Shown piece by piece: positions 1-10,132 of a stretch of 64,000 nt of DNA. The notes beneath the pieces are model-generated. The model made no database searches. It saw only the letters and a list, made by a program, of their open reading frames with translations, and was not told the origin of the DNA. Where the stretch lies: contig CAVZJB010000007.1 of NCBI GenBank assembly GCA_963775425.1, forward strand, positions 160,001-224,000, given 5' to 3'. How positions within the stretch are numbered: position 1 is the first letter of the stretch; the number at the start of each line of letters is the position of its first letter. The position numbers were made by a program, and so were the translations under genes. Source of the DNA: an uncultured delta proteobacterium. GTDB lineage: Bacteria; Myxococcota; UBA727; VGSZ01.

Positions 1-1053
1 GTCGATGCCGTCGTGCATCCGCTGGTGCTTGAGCAGCGGGTGGAAGCGCATGCCGTAGCTCGACGTCACGCGCGTCATCTCCATGGGCGCCTTGAGGAAG
101 GTGCGGCGCAGGCCGTTGCCCTCGTCGTCGTACGTGCCGCTCTGCTTGCCGTCCTTCGAGCTGAACAGGAAGCCGCGGTAGACGGCGCCGGCGTTTCGGT
201 ATTCGGCGGCGAGCACCTTGCCGTAGCCGAGGAAGCGGCCGCCGGCGTAGCGCTTCTCGACGAGGACCTTCCACTGATCGCCCGCGCGCGTCTGGCGGTA
301 GAAGTCGATGTTCCACGCGAACACGTCGACGAAGCGGTTGACGAGGTTGGCGTCCTCCCCCGCCTCGAGCACGGCCTGGTAGAGGCTCGAGCGCACAGCG
401 CCTGAGACGCCCTCGACCTTGGTCTCGATGGGGGCGTCGGTGATGGTGACGTCGAAGGTGGTCTCGGCGTCGTCGACGGTGATGGGCGGGTCCCGCCGCT
501 CGGCGAGCAGGGTGCGCGGCACGCCCCCCGGTGACAGCGTCTTCAGCTCGAACGACGTGAGCGGGCTGGAGCCGCCGGCGACCGCGCGCTTCTTGATCGT
601 GAAGCTCAGGCCCTCGCGCAGCCCGCGCAGGTCGAGCTTCCCCTTGAGGGAGCGCACGAGCGCGGACACGTCGTCGCGGCTGCAGCCGTGGCGCGCGAGG
701 GCGGAGGAGAGCGCCTCGTCGCTGCCGAGCTTGTCGACGATGGTCTCGTCCTTCGGCGTCTCGACGACCGGCGGCGGCGGCGGCGGCGCGACCGCGGCGA
801 CGACCGGCGGCGGCGCGGGCGGCGCGGGCGGCGCGGCAGGCGCGGGCGCGGGCGCGGCAGGCGCGGACGCGACCCGGGCGTGCGACCGGGCGGCGAGCGC
901 GGGAGCGAGCGCGGCGGCGGCCGCGGGGATGAGGCAGGCGGCCGCGACGACGACGACGCGGGCCCGCCCGAGGCCCGGGACCTTGCGACGCGCCTGGGCG
1001 CCTGTCGCCGGCTGGCTCCACCTTCCACCTTGTGCGTACCGGAGGCTCCCCAT
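1..1053 (-). CDS. M23 family metallopeptidase (MepM/Csd3-like murein DD-endopeptidase), runs off the left edge
   Basis: Not in the ORF track; my translation of the minus strand from ATG 1053 gives a hydrophobic N-terminus, a Pro-rich linker, then ...VDVFAWNIDFYRQTRAGDQWKVLVEK...YGKVLAAEY...FLKAPMEMTRVTSSYGMRFHPLLKHQRMHDGID, which includes the M23 HxxxD motif. Confidence 0.9.
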   Translation of the reverse strand, partial: MGSLRYAQGGRWSQPATGAQARRKVPGLGRARVVVVAAACLIPAAAAALAPALAARSHARVASAPAAPAPAPAAPPAPPAPPPVVAAVAPPPPPPVVETPKDETIVDKLGSDEALSSALARHGCSRDDVSALVRSLKGKLDLRGLREGLSFTIKKRAVAGGSSPLTSFELKTLSPGGVPRTLLAERRDPPITVDDAETTFDVTITDAPIETKVEGVSGAVRSSLYQAVLEAGEDANLVNRFVDVFAWNIDFYRQTRAGDQWKVLVEKRYAGGRFLGYGKVLAAEYRNAGAVYRGFLFSSKDGKQSGTYDDEGNGLRRTFLKAPMEMTRVTSSYGMRFHPLLKHQRMHDGID

Positions 1054-1227
1054 GGCGCCACCTTGATCGACCTTCGCACCCCAAGTCAAAAAAACAGCCA
1101 CCGGTCGTGCCGACCGGAGCTCGCGCGCAGCGAGGGGGAGGCGCAGGCGGATACGAACGGACGGGTCTGCGCGCGGTCACGCGCGTTTGAGTTGTCCTTC
1201 ACGGCGCCGCCATGCACGCTCGGGGAG

Positions 1228-4071
1228 ATGACCACGACGACCGAGCCCAAGGAGGTCGGTGAGCCCACGCTCGTGGTGCGGTTCGTCCACGACGACGCCG
1301 ATCGCGTGGCGCAGGTCGCCGAGTGGGCGGCCGGAGCCGTCGCGCGGCGCAAGCGCGTCGTCCTCGTCGCGACGCGGGCGCACCTGGCGGCTTTCGCGGA
1401 AGCGCTGGGGCCGGCCGCCGACGGCGTCCGCCTCCTCGACGCGCACGAGACGCTGTCGTCGATCATGGTGGAAGGTCACCCCGACCGCGCGCGGCTGCGG
1501 CGGGTCATCGGGCCCCATGTCACGGGGGGCGACGGGCGCGCGGTGTGCGTCTACGGCGAGATGGTCGACGTGCTCCTGCGCGAAGGCCGCGCCGAGGCCG
1601 CCCTGGAGCTCGAGGAGGCGTGGGACCAGCTTCGGCGCGCGGCGCGCCTCTCCGTGCTGTGCACGTACGCGACCGCCGAGGCGAACGACGCGCGCGGCGC
1701 GCTCGATCGCGTGCGCGCCCTCAGCGACGAGCTCCTCTCGTTCGTCGACCACGCCGACATCGCCATCCACACCGTCGGCGACGACGGCAGCGTCCTGTTC
1801 GCCAACCGCACCGCCGTCGCGCTCTTCGGCAGGCCCAGGGTGGACATCGTGGGCAAGCCGCTGTCGGCGTTCTTCGACGACGAGAGCATCGCCGGCCGCA
1901 TCGTTCGCGGTGAGACGCTCGTCGAGGTGCCGGCGCGCGTGCGCCGGCCCGACGGCGTCCGCGACGTCGTCATCACCTCGCACCCCCGGCAGCGCGAGGG
2001 CGCGCTCCCCGGCACCGCGTGCTTCCTCCGCGACGTCACCACCGCCAACGCGCACGCGCGGCGCACCGAGACGCTCCTCAGCGTCACCACCGCGCTCGCC
2101 GGCGCCGTCTCCGTCGACGACGTCTTCGCAGCCGTGCTCGAAGGGCGCGCCCGCCTGCACGGCATCGCGGGGGCCGCCGTGTTCGTCAGCGACGACGACG
2201 GCGCCACCGCCGGGCTCGCGCGGGCCTGGGGCGCCCCGCCGGACGGCGCGGCCGCCGCGCGCGCCATGCGCGACCGCCGCGCGTCATGGGTCGACTCGCA
2301 GCCGCGCGTCGCCGCGCTGCCCATCGAAGCGGGCGGGCGCGTCCTCGGCGCCCTCACCGTGCAGCTCGACGACGGGCCGGCGCTCGACGACGACGCGCGC
2401 CACTTCCTCGAGCTGGTCGCGCGCTACACCGGCCAGGCGCTCGAGCGGCTGCGCCTGCTCGAGCGCGAGAAGGCGCAGCGCCGGGTGGCCGAGGCGCGCG
2501 CCGCGCGGGACCGGCTGTTGAGCCGCGCCTCGCTCGCGTTCTCCCAGCCGGGGCACGACGTCGAGGCCACGCTGCAGGCGGCGGTGTTGCACACCATCGA
2601 AGGCTTCGCCGATTCGTGCGCCGTGCTGCTCGTCGAGGGCGAGCACCTCGTGTTGTCCGCGGCCGCGGATCGCGACCCCGCCGCGACGGCGGCCTTGGGG
2701 CCGACCCTTCGCAACACGCCCCTGCGGGTCGGCGAGGGCATCGCCGGGCGCGTGGCGCAGACCGGCGATAGCTCGCTGGTCAACGTCGACGACCCGGCGG
2801 CCCTGGCGCGGCCCGGGGTCGACCCCGCGCTCGCGCGCTACTTCCCGCGGAGCATCCTCACCGCGCCCTTGCGGGTGGAGGGCAGGATCATCGGCGCGCT
2901 GTCGGCCACGCGACGTGCCCTCCCCGCCTTCGACGACGACGACCGGAGCCTCGTCGAGGCGCTGGCGGAGCGCGCCGCCGCGGCCATCGAGCGCAGCCGG
3001 CTCCACGAGGAGAGCCAGCGAGCGCGTGACGTCGCGGAGCGCCTGTACCGGCTGGCCGACGCCATGAACCGCGCCGTGCGGGTCGAAGAGGTCTGCGACG
3101 CGGCGCACGAGGCGCTCGCCGGCCTCGACGGCGTCCGCGCTTCGATCCGTCCGTTGCGCGACGCCGAGCGCCGCTGGCCGCACATGGTCGGCTACGCGGG
3201 GCCCGCGCCCGCCCAGGAGCCGGGGGACGGCGCGTACGGAACCCTCGTGGCGGGCTGCGGCAAGCACGTCGGTGAGCTGTCCGTGCAGCTCGAGGGCGCG
3301 CGGGCGCTCACGCCCGCCGAGAGCGCGATGATCGACGCCGTCGCCAGCCACGCGTCCGCCGCCTTCGCCCGGCTGTCGCTCCTCGACGAGCTCAACGAGG
3401 GCCTTCGCTTCAACGAGATCTTCACCGGGATGCTCGGGCACGAGCTCAGGAACCCGCTCGGGACCATCCTCACGGCGGGGCAGCTCGCCTTGCGCCGCGC
3501 CGACGAGCGCGTGGCGCGCCCGCTCGAGCGCGTCATCTCGAGCGGCGCGCGCATGTCGCGGATGATCGACCAGCTCCTCGACTTCACGCGCGTCCGCATC
3601 GGCGGAGGCATCCCGCTCCACCGCACGCCCACGGACCTCGTGCCCCTCGTGCGCGCCATCTTCGACGAGCACGAGCACGAGCGCGGCGAGCGCGCGCTCG
3701 ACGTCCACGCCACAGGCGACACGTGCGGCGCGTGGGACGCCGACCGGCTCCTGCAGGTGTTTTCGAACCTCGTGGCCAACGCGGTACGCCACGGCACGGG
3801 CGCCGTCCGCGTCGACGTCGACGGCACCGACGCCGCGCGCGTGGAGGTGCGCGTGCACAACGACGGCGCCATCTCCGAGGCGTTGCTCCCCAGGCTCTTC
3901 GAGCCCATGACCGGCGGCGACGCGCGTCGCGACGGCTCGCGCGGGCTCGGCCTCGGCCTCTACATCACGCGGCGGATCATCGAGGCGCACGGCGGGCGCA
4001 TCTTCGTGGACTCGGGCCCGGAGCAGGGGACGCTGTTCACAATCTGGCTTCCCCGGCGCGACCAAGCGTAG
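1228..4071 (+). CDS. Soluble sensor histidine kinase (MEDS-PAS-GAF-GAF-HisKA-HATPase)
   Basis: MEDS-like VYGEMVDVL...ALELEEAW; PAS; GAF segments; H-box GHELRNPL; N-box QVFSNLVANAVRHG; G-boxes GLGLGLYITRRIIEAHGG. Start moved to ATG 1228 by inference. Confidence 0.9.
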   Translation: MTTTTEPKEVGEPTLVVRFVHDDADRVAQVAEWAAGAVARRKRVVLVATRAHLAAFAEALGPAADGVRLLDAHETLSSIMVEGHPDRARLRRVIGPHVTGGDGRAVCVYGEMVDVLLREGRAEAALELEEAWDQLRRAARLSVLCTYATAEANDARGALDRVRALSDELLSFVDHADIAIHTVGDDGSVLFANRTAVALFGRPRVDIVGKPLSAFFDDESIAGRIVRGETLVEVPARVRRPDGVRDVVITSHPRQREGALPGTACFLRDVTTANAHARRTETLLSVTTALAGAVSVDDVFAAVLEGRARLHGIAGAAVFVSDDDGATAGLARAWGAPPDGAAAARAMRDRRASWVDSQPRVAALPIEAGGRVLGALTVQLDDGPALDDDARHFLELVARYTGQALERLRLLEREKAQRRVAEARAARDRLLSRASLAFSQPGHDVEATLQAAVLHTIEGFADSCAVLLVEGEHLVLSAAADRDPAATAALGPTLRNTPLRVGEGIAGRVAQTGDSSLVNVDDPAALARPGVDPALARYFPRSILTAPLRVEGRIIGALSATRRALPAFDDDDRSLVEALAERAAAAIERSRLHEESQRARDVAERLYRLADAMNRAVRVEEVCDAAHEALAGLDGVRASIRPLRDAERRWPHMVGYAGPAPAQEPGDGAYGTLVAGCGKHVGELSVQLEGARALTPAESAMIDAVASHASAAFARLSLLDELNEGLRFNEIFTGMLGHELRNPLGTILTAGQLALRRADERVARPLERVISSGARMSRMIDQLLDFTRVRIGGGIPLHRTPTDLVPLVRAIFDEHEHERGERALDVHATGDTCGAWDADRLLQVFSNLVANAVRHGTGAVRVDVDGTDAARVEVRVHNDGAISEALLPRLFEPMTGGDARRDGSRGLGLGLYITRRIIEAHGGRIFVDSGPEQGTLFTIWLPRRDQA

Positions 4072-4082
4072 CATTCGGCGTC

Positions 4083-4421
4083 ATGGGGATTCTGATCGTC
4101 GACGACGAAGACGGCATTCGGGAATCGCTCGAAGAGCTGCTTCGCGACGAGGGATACGACGTCGAGACGGCGGCCAACGGGCGCGAGGCGCTCGATCGCT
4201 TGAGCCAGGCGCTGCCCTGTGTCGTGATCCTCGATCTGTTGATGCCGGGCATCAGCGGCAACGAGGTCTACGAGCGCATGCAGAAGGACGCCCGTCTCGC
4301 CGCCGTCCCCGTGATCGTGTCCACGTCGGCGCCCGAGCGCGCGCCCCCGGGCTCGCTCATCATGAAGAAGCCCATCGACGTCGACCGCCTGTTGGGGGTG
4401 ATCAAGACCTTCTGCTCGTGA
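4083..4421 (+). CDS. Single-domain response regulator (CheY-like)
   Basis: ILIVDDE...ILDLLMPGISG...KKPID; directly after the kinase. Confidence 0.92.
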   Translation: MGILIVDDEDGIRESLEELLRDEGYDVETAANGREALDRLSQALPCVVILDLLMPGISGNEVYERMQKDARLAAVPVIVSTSAPERAPPGSLIMKKPIDVDRLLGVIKTFCS

Positions 4422-4472
4422 CGGCCGCCCGCGGGCAGTGGCCCGGCCCGGGCGCCGCGCTATAACGCCCGC

Positions 4473-5105
4473 GTGGAAGCAGCATGGGACTACTTCGAGC
4501 GCGGCGGGCCCGTCATGTACGTGCTCGTCGTTTGCTCCATCATCGCCGTCACCATCTTCGTGGAGCGGCTCGTCGCCCTGCGCACCGGACGGGTGGCGCC
4601 GCGGGAGCTGTTGCACGAGGTCACCGAGCTGTTGAAGGGCGACAAGATGGCCGAGGCCATCGGCCGCTGCGTCGGCTCCGCCACGCCCATGGGCGCGATC
4701 TTCGCGGCGGTGCTGCGCAGGAGCGAGCGGCCCGAGGCCGAGCTCAAGGAGGCGGCGCAAGAGATCGGGCGCCGTGAGGCCGCGCGCCTCGAGCGCTTCG
4801 TCGAGGCCATCGGCGTCATCGCCGCCCTCGGCCCGCTCCTCGGCCTGCTCGGCACGGTGCTCGGCATGATCAAGGTCTTCCAGCGCGTGAACGAGGTCGG
4901 CGCCGGCTCCCCGGTGGAGATGGCCGCGGGCATCTGGGAGGCGCTCCTCGCCACCGCCATGGGGCTCCTGGTCGGCATCCCCGCGCTCGTCATGTACCGC
5001 ATCGTCCTCGCGCGCGCCGACGCGCTCGTGCTCCGGCTCGAGGAGGAGGCCGTCGGGCTCGTCGACTTGTTGAAGACCAACAAGCCACCCTCCGCTTCAG
5101 GATGA
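4473..5105 (+). CDS. MotA/TolQ/ExbB proton channel family protein
   Basis: GGPVMYVL...GPLLGLLGTVLGMIKVF...AAGIWEALLATAMGLLVGIP. Confidence 0.93.
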   Translation: MEAAWDYFERGGPVMYVLVVCSIIAVTIFVERLVALRTGRVAPRELLHEVTELLKGDKMAEAIGRCVGSATPMGAIFAAVLRRSERPEAELKEAAQEIGRREAARLERFVEAIGVIAALGPLLGLLGTVLGMIKVFQRVNEVGAGSPVEMAAGIWEALLATAMGLLVGIPALVMYRIVLARADALVLRLEEEAVGLVDLLKTNKPPSASG

Positions 5106-5120
5106 CGCCGCCCCGGTGAT

Positions 5121-6524
5121 GTGGGATGTGAGCGGCCCGGAGGGACTGTGCCGGTGAGGGAGCAGCGCCGCAGCCAGCGGTTCCAGCACGAGCTCCTCGT
5201 CGAGCTGCACGACCGGCGCGGCCCGCGCAAGCTGTACGCCACCGACGTCGCGCGCCACGGCATCTTCCTCGCCACGGACGACCCGCCCCGCGAGCGCCAC
5301 CTCGTGCAGCTCACCGTGCACCTGCCCGGCGGCCCCATCCGCGCGGCGGGCAGCGTCACGCGCACGCTGCGCGGGCAGCGCGACCACGAGGACGGCGTCG
5401 GCATCCAATTCTTCGCGCTCTCCGACGAGGCGAAGGATCGGTGGGACGACTTCATCTTCCAGCTCCAGCGCACCACCCCGCCCCGCGGCGTCCCGCGCTA
5501 CGACCCGAAGAACGACCCGATGAACGCCCGCGCCGCCGGCGCCGACGACAGGCCTTCGGGCGCCGCGACCTTCCTCGTCAAGCTCAAGAGCGTCGAGAGC
5601 CTCCGCGCGTTCGCGCAGTCGCACCTGCGCGCCGGCGGCACCGTGCTGTTCACGCCCGTGCTCCGCGAGGCCGGCGAGGTGGTGACGCTCGTCGTGGTGC
5701 ACCCGAAGACCGACGAGGAGTTCCGGCTGCCGGGCATCGTCCACAAGGCGCACGCCGACCGGCCCAAGCGGCTCGAGATCCACTTCCACGGCGTCACGCC
5801 TGCGCTCTTGAACGGCTTCGCCGCCTATATCGAGAGCGGGCACCCGCCGCGCACGCAGCTCGACCCGCCGGTGCAGCTCGCGGGCAAGGCGGCCCCGGAC
5901 AAGGAGCTCGACCTCGACGTCGACGTCTTCGAGGACGACCCGCTCGAGCTGGACGAGCGGCTCGGCGCGCCCGTGCCCGCGCCCTCCGTCACGCCGACGG
6001 TCACGCCCACGCAGGCGCCGACGCCCACGCGCACGGCTGACGGCGACGGCGCCGCCACCGCGCCCGCGCCGAGCGGGCCCGCGGATCCGAACCTGCAACC
6101 GCGGACGTTCCGCATGCGCTGCAACCGCGACGGCTGCGCGGCGGAGCCCTACGACGTCGAGCTCGGGCCGTGCCGCGGGGTGCTCGGCTTCGTCGCCAAC
6201 CACGCCGCGTTCGTCTCCCCGTCCAACGGCCGCGTGGTGTCGTCGCCGCGGCTGGCCAGCGCCGAGGAGCGGCAGGCGCGCACGCGCAGCTACCTCGACG
6301 CCGGCGGCCAGCTCGACGCCCAGGTCGACCTCACGACGCTGCTCGGCGCGGTGGCGCTCGTCGAGCCCGCCAAGGACGCCGACGGGCCGCTCAAGCACAC
6401 GCGCGCCGTGGAGCGCCTCGAGCACGCCGCCCTGCGACTCGCGGCCGGCGCCACCGCCAGGACCAAAGTGCCGTGCCCCGTTTGCAAAGAGGGCCACGTC
6501 GTGGTCGAACTCGCCGCGAACTAG
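5121..6524 (+). CDS. PilZ-domain protein with a second PilZ-like domain and a C-terminal Cys cluster
   Basis: RRSQR and DVARHGIFL resemble the PilZ RxxxR and D/NxSxxG motifs; GVGIQF; C-terminal CNRDGC...CPVC. Start uncertain. Confidence 0.7.
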   Translation: MGCERPGGTVPVREQRRSQRFQHELLVELHDRRGPRKLYATDVARHGIFLATDDPPRERHLVQLTVHLPGGPIRAAGSVTRTLRGQRDHEDGVGIQFFALSDEAKDRWDDFIFQLQRTTPPRGVPRYDPKNDPMNARAAGADDRPSGAATFLVKLKSVESLRAFAQSHLRAGGTVLFTPVLREAGEVVTLVVVHPKTDEEFRLPGIVHKAHADRPKRLEIHFHGVTPALLNGFAAYIESGHPPRTQLDPPVQLAGKAAPDKELDLDVDVFEDDPLELDERLGAPVPAPSVTPTVTPTQAPTPTRTADGDGAATAPAPSGPADPNLQPRTFRMRCNRDGCAAEPYDVELGPCRGVLGFVANHAAFVSPSNGRVVSSPRLASAEERQARTRSYLDAGGQLDAQVDLTTLLGAVALVEPAKDADGPLKHTRAVERLEHAALRLAAGATARTKVPCPVCKEGHVVVELAAN

Positions 6525-6535
6525 TGGGGCTCTCG

Positions 6536-7324
6536 ATGCGGCTGCGCTTCCTCCTTCCGTCCGCGCTCGCGCTCCTGTGCTCCACGTCCGCGCTCGCGCG
6601 ACACGGCGGTCTGTACCTCGAGCTCGCACCGGCCTGGGGCTTCTACTCGTCCAAGGAAGCCATCATCGAGCAGGGGGACGACAGCTTCGGCAGCGACGTC
6701 CCCGTGGCCACCTTCGTCCCGCAGCTCAAGGCGGGCTTCAACCTCTTCGGCTGGGCCGGCGCCGAAGCACAGATCGCCGGGCAATACTGGGACCTCGAGG
6801 GCGACCCGGGCGGCGGCGGCTACGTCGGCGGCGTCGTGCGCATCACGCCCCTCGAGGCCCTGAGCTACATCCTGCCCGACGACGTCAAGATCCCCTCGCT
6901 GTTCCCGCCGGGCCCGGTGACGTGGAAGGACCGCCCCTTCGACCTCGGCTTCTCCATGGGCGGCGGCTACACCCTCATCGGCGAGGACTACGCATACCAG
7001 GGCGGGTACTTCCAATGGGGCTTCGACCTGAAGTTCTACGTCACGCCCAACTTCGCCGTCGGCCTCGACTTCCCCTTCCGCCACCTGCTCTACCAGCCGT
7101 TCCGCTACTCCAACTACAACAAGAAGCTCGGCTACTGCACGGACCACGAGAAGGCCTTCGTGCCGCTCGGCAACACCACGGTCACCGTCCCCGACACCGC
7201 CGGCGAAGCGGGCCCCGAGATCTCGGCCAAGAACTACGAGTCCGACTGCACCAAGCCGGAGCCCGCGGCGTTCTTCTTCGCGCCCGCGTTCACGCTCACC
7301 GGCGTGTTCGACTTCGGCATCTAG
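6536..7324 (+). CDS. Secreted, probable outer-membrane beta-barrel protein
   Basis: Signal peptide MRLRFLLPSALALLCSTSALA; alternating aromatic/Gly strands; ends in TLTGVFDFGI. Confidence 0.65.
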   Translation: MRLRFLLPSALALLCSTSALARHGGLYLELAPAWGFYSSKEAIIEQGDDSFGSDVPVATFVPQLKAGFNLFGWAGAEAQIAGQYWDLEGDPGGGGYVGGVVRITPLEALSYILPDDVKIPSLFPPGPVTWKDRPFDLGFSMGGGYTLIGEDYAYQGGYFQWGFDLKFYVTPNFAVGLDFPFRHLLYQPFRYSNYNKKLGYCTDHEKAFVPLGNTTVTVPDTAGEAGPEISAKNYESDCTKPEPAAFFFAPAFTLTGVFDFGI

Positions 7325-8104
7325 CTAGCGGTCCTCGACGAGGGCGTTCACCACCTGCGCGAAGCCGTGGCCGCCGTTTCCGTCGACGACGAAGCGCGGG
7401 GCCTCGCCGCGCGCCGTGAGCGCGCTCAGGTGCGGGCGCACGTTGGCCACGCCCACCGAGAGCTTCACGCGCGCAAACAGGGAGCCGTCGTTCATGGAGT
7501 CGCCGACGTAGACGCTGTCGTCGAGCGAGGGGAACAGGCGCGCGACCATGGTGGCCTTGTCGTGGTGTCCCTTCCACGCGTTGATGTGCACGCTCGACTG
7601 CGCGGTCTCGAGCCCCTCCTCGGCGAGGACGCGCCGGATGCGCGCGGCGGCCTCCGGGGGCACGGGGGGACCGCTCTCGACGAGGTCGAAAGCCGAGTCG
7701 TAGACGCGGCCGGGGTTGTCGAGGGCGAGGCGCGCGGTCTTCACCTCGCGCAGGGCGCGCGCGCAGGCCTTGTGGCGCTCGCGGGCGCGGGCGAAGCGCT
7801 CCTCGGCGTCCTCGACCGTGTGCACCACCTCGAGGCGGGCGCCGTCCTTGCGCACGAGCGCACAGGCGCCGGTCTCGGCGACGGCGGCGTCGAGGGGAAA
7901 CAGCCGCAGGAGCATCTCGGCCCAGGAGTAGGAGCGCCCCGTGACGGCGACGAGCGAGAGGCCGCAGGCGCGTGCCTTGTAGAGCGCGGCGGCGGCCACC
8001 TCGGGGAGCTGGCCCCGCCAGGTGATGGTGTCGTCGACGTCGAACATGAGGCGCGTGACGCGCAAGCGCTCCTCGGGATCGGCGTCACTGAAGTCGGCGT
8101 GCAC
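7325..8104 (-). CDS. HAD-IIB family hydrolase
   Basis: Motif I FDVDDTIT, motif II VTGR, motifs III/IV DK...YVGDSMND. Confidence 0.88.
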   Translation of the reverse strand: MHADFSDADPEERLRVTRLMFDVDDTITWRGQLPEVAAAALYKARACGLSLVAVTGRSYSWAEMLLRLFPLDAAVAETGACALVRKDGARLEVVHTVEDAEERFARARERHKACARALREVKTARLALDNPGRVYDSAFDLVESGPPVPPEAAARIRRVLAEEGLETAQSSVHINAWKGHHDKATMVARLFPSLDDSVYVGDSMNDGSLFARVKLSVGVANVRPHLSALTARGEAPRFVVDGNGGHGFAQVVNALVEDR

Positions 8105-8151
8105 GAAGGGGTTCTGTCGGGTACCGTATGCGGCTGCAACACGGAGCGGGC

Positions 8152-9156
8152 ATGCGTGCGTTTCTCTGCATCCTCGGGATCGGCGTCTTCGGTACTCTCG
8201 CGGCGGGCTGCGACCAACGGCTGACGCCGGAAAAGGTGCGCGATCTCCTCGACCACCCGAAGGGCAAGGTGTCCAAGGACACGATGGCCAAGGTGACGCG
8301 CGACCTCTTCCAGGCCGACCGCGCCACCTCCTTCGAGGGCCTCGCGGATCTGCTCAAGGCGAACCAGTCGTCGTCGAGCGGATCCAACGCGGTGCCGGGG
8401 CTGTCGGCGGGCGTGCTCGAGGACACCGCGGACGTCTTCTGCGTCGGCGGGCTCGTCACCGAGATCGCCACGTTCGACGGCTGCGAGGTCGGCGACGACT
8501 GCCACGCGGACCTCACGCTCGACTCGTGCCTGCTGCGCGTGGGCGACCCCGGCTCCGACGAGGACGCCCGCGGCAAGATCCACTTCAAGCTCGACAACAC
8601 CACCGGCAGCGACGCCGACACCAGCGACCTCGCGTTGCAGTTCGACGGCTGGCAGAGCTCCCACGACGACACCAAGCTCGACGCGCTCGACGGCCTCATC
8701 ACGCTGGAGACCGTGCAGAAGCACGACGACAGCCACACCGAGCTCGTGTTCGCCTCCGACGTCGACGCCAAGGTGGTGGACAAGACGCACGGCTTCTTCG
8801 AGGACGGCGTCGACGAGCACACGCACGTGGAGGCGGGGCTCCGCTTCGTCGCGGACAGCACCGACACCTCGGGCTCCGGCAGCCTCGAGATCCTCACCTT
8901 CGTCGACGACGACGGCGGCCACCAGGACAGCGTCTCCATCAAGCTCGCGGCGGAGGGCCACCAGGTGGACGCGCAGACGGCCACCGCCAGCGCCTCGCTC
9001 CAGGTGGTCGGGGCAAACGGCACCTTCGAGTGCACGTGGTCCGCCGCCGACGAAGAGGGCACGCCCGACGGGGAGAAGGTCTCGTCGCAGGGCCAGTGCA
9101 CCGACGAGGACGGCAACACCTTCGACTTCTCCGGCGAGGCTGTTTCGGGCGCCTGA
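8152..9156 (+). CDS. Acidic lipoprotein of unknown function
   Basis: Lipobox LAAGC after a hydrophobic signal; GGAG upstream of ATG 8152; Asp/Thr-rich beta-like body. Confidence 0.75.
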   Translation: MRAFLCILGIGVFGTLAAGCDQRLTPEKVRDLLDHPKGKVSKDTMAKVTRDLFQADRATSFEGLADLLKANQSSSSGSNAVPGLSAGVLEDTADVFCVGGLVTEIATFDGCEVGDDCHADLTLDSCLLRVGDPGSDEDARGKIHFKLDNTTGSDADTSDLALQFDGWQSSHDDTKLDALDGLITLETVQKHDDSHTELVFASDVDAKVVDKTHGFFEDGVDEHTHVEAGLRFVADSTDTSGSGSLEILTFVDDDGGHQDSVSIKLAAEGHQVDAQTATASASLQVVGANGTFECTWSAADEEGTPDGEKVSSQGQCTDEDGNTFDFSGEAVSGA

Positions 9157-9277
9157 GAACCCGCCGCGGCGGCGCGTCCGCGGCTCCCGGCCGACGGGTC
9201 GGCCTCCTCCGTTTCACCTTTGCGCAGGGTCGGCGGCGGGCTATGCCCGGCGCCGGGCGATCCCCCCGGCGGGATCG

Positions 9278-10132
9278 GTGACGAGGGGAAAAGCCGTGAC
9301 ACTTCCGCGCCGCATCCAGCTCGTGAAGCTCCTGCGCGCCAACGGCATGCGCGACGTGGAGCGCATGCGTGAAGAGGAGCTGCGCGAGGCGCTCGGCCGC
9401 CTGCACCTCGTCGTGCCCGACCCGGCCAGCGTGCCCAAAGAGCACCCGTCGTCCGGCGCGTTCCTCGCGCGCCCCGCAGAGCTGCCGCCGGTCATCGACG
9501 ACAGCGACAATCCGTACGCGCTGCCGCGCTTCCGCGAGCCCAAGCTCTTCCTCCCCGACCACGAGCGCACCTTCCTGCGCGCCATCGCGGTCAAGCCGCG
9601 GCTGTTGTTCTGCACGTGGGACGTCGCGCGCCACGAGCGCGAATCTCTCGAGGGGCCCGTCGAGCTGCGCTTGTTCTGGCGCGACTTCCTCGGCGACCCG
9701 CCCGCCCTCGACGAGCTCTTGCGCCAGCAGCCGTCGGCGCGCATCTCCATCGACCTCGGCTCCTCCGGTTGGTACGTCACCGTCCCCGGCGAGCGGCTCG
9801 CGCTCGTGGCCGCGCTCGTCGTCGCCGGCACCGAGCGGCGCCTCGTGAACAGCAACGTCAGCATCACGCCGCCGGCGCGCCCGGCGCCGCCGGGGCCGCT
9901 GTGGCTGGCGACGCTGCCGCCGTCGCTCGACCGCCGCCGCCTGCGCGACCGCAAGCTCTTCGAGGGCGAAGAAGGACGCCTGCAGCGCGTGGGCGAGACC
10001 GACGCGCGCAACGTCGACGTCGAGACGGAGGAGCCGTTGCCGGCGTCGCAGAGCGCGGCGCGCTTGCCGTCGTCGGGGATGCCGTCGTCGTCGGCGTTCT
10101 TGTGGCACTGGCGCCCGCCGGAGAAGTCCTGA
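9278..10132 (+). CDS. DUF4912-like protein, partner of the GH57 enzyme
   Basis: FLRAIAVKPRLLFCTWDV...GWYVTVP...LVNSNVSITP pattern; stop overlaps the GH57 start (TGATG). This pairing is known. Confidence 0.7.
   Translation: MTRGKAVTLPRRIQLVKLLRANGMRDVERMREEELREALGRLHLVVPDPASVPKEHPSSGAFLARPAELPPVIDDSDNPYALPRFREPKLFLPDHERTFLRAIAVKPRLLFCTWDVARHERESLEGPVELRLFWRDFLGDPPALDELLRQQPSARISIDLGSSGWYVTVPGERLALVAALVVAGTERRLVNSNVSITPPARPAPPGPLWLATLPPSLDRRRLRDRKLFEGEEGRLQRVGETDARNVDVETEEPLPASQSAARLPSSGMPSSSAFLWHWRPPEKS

Noticed and set aside
688-1227. 180-aa N-terminal extension of the histidine kinase in the ORF track
   Set aside because: It overlaps the opposite-strand M23 gene and is low-complexity; the domain content starts after ATG 1228.
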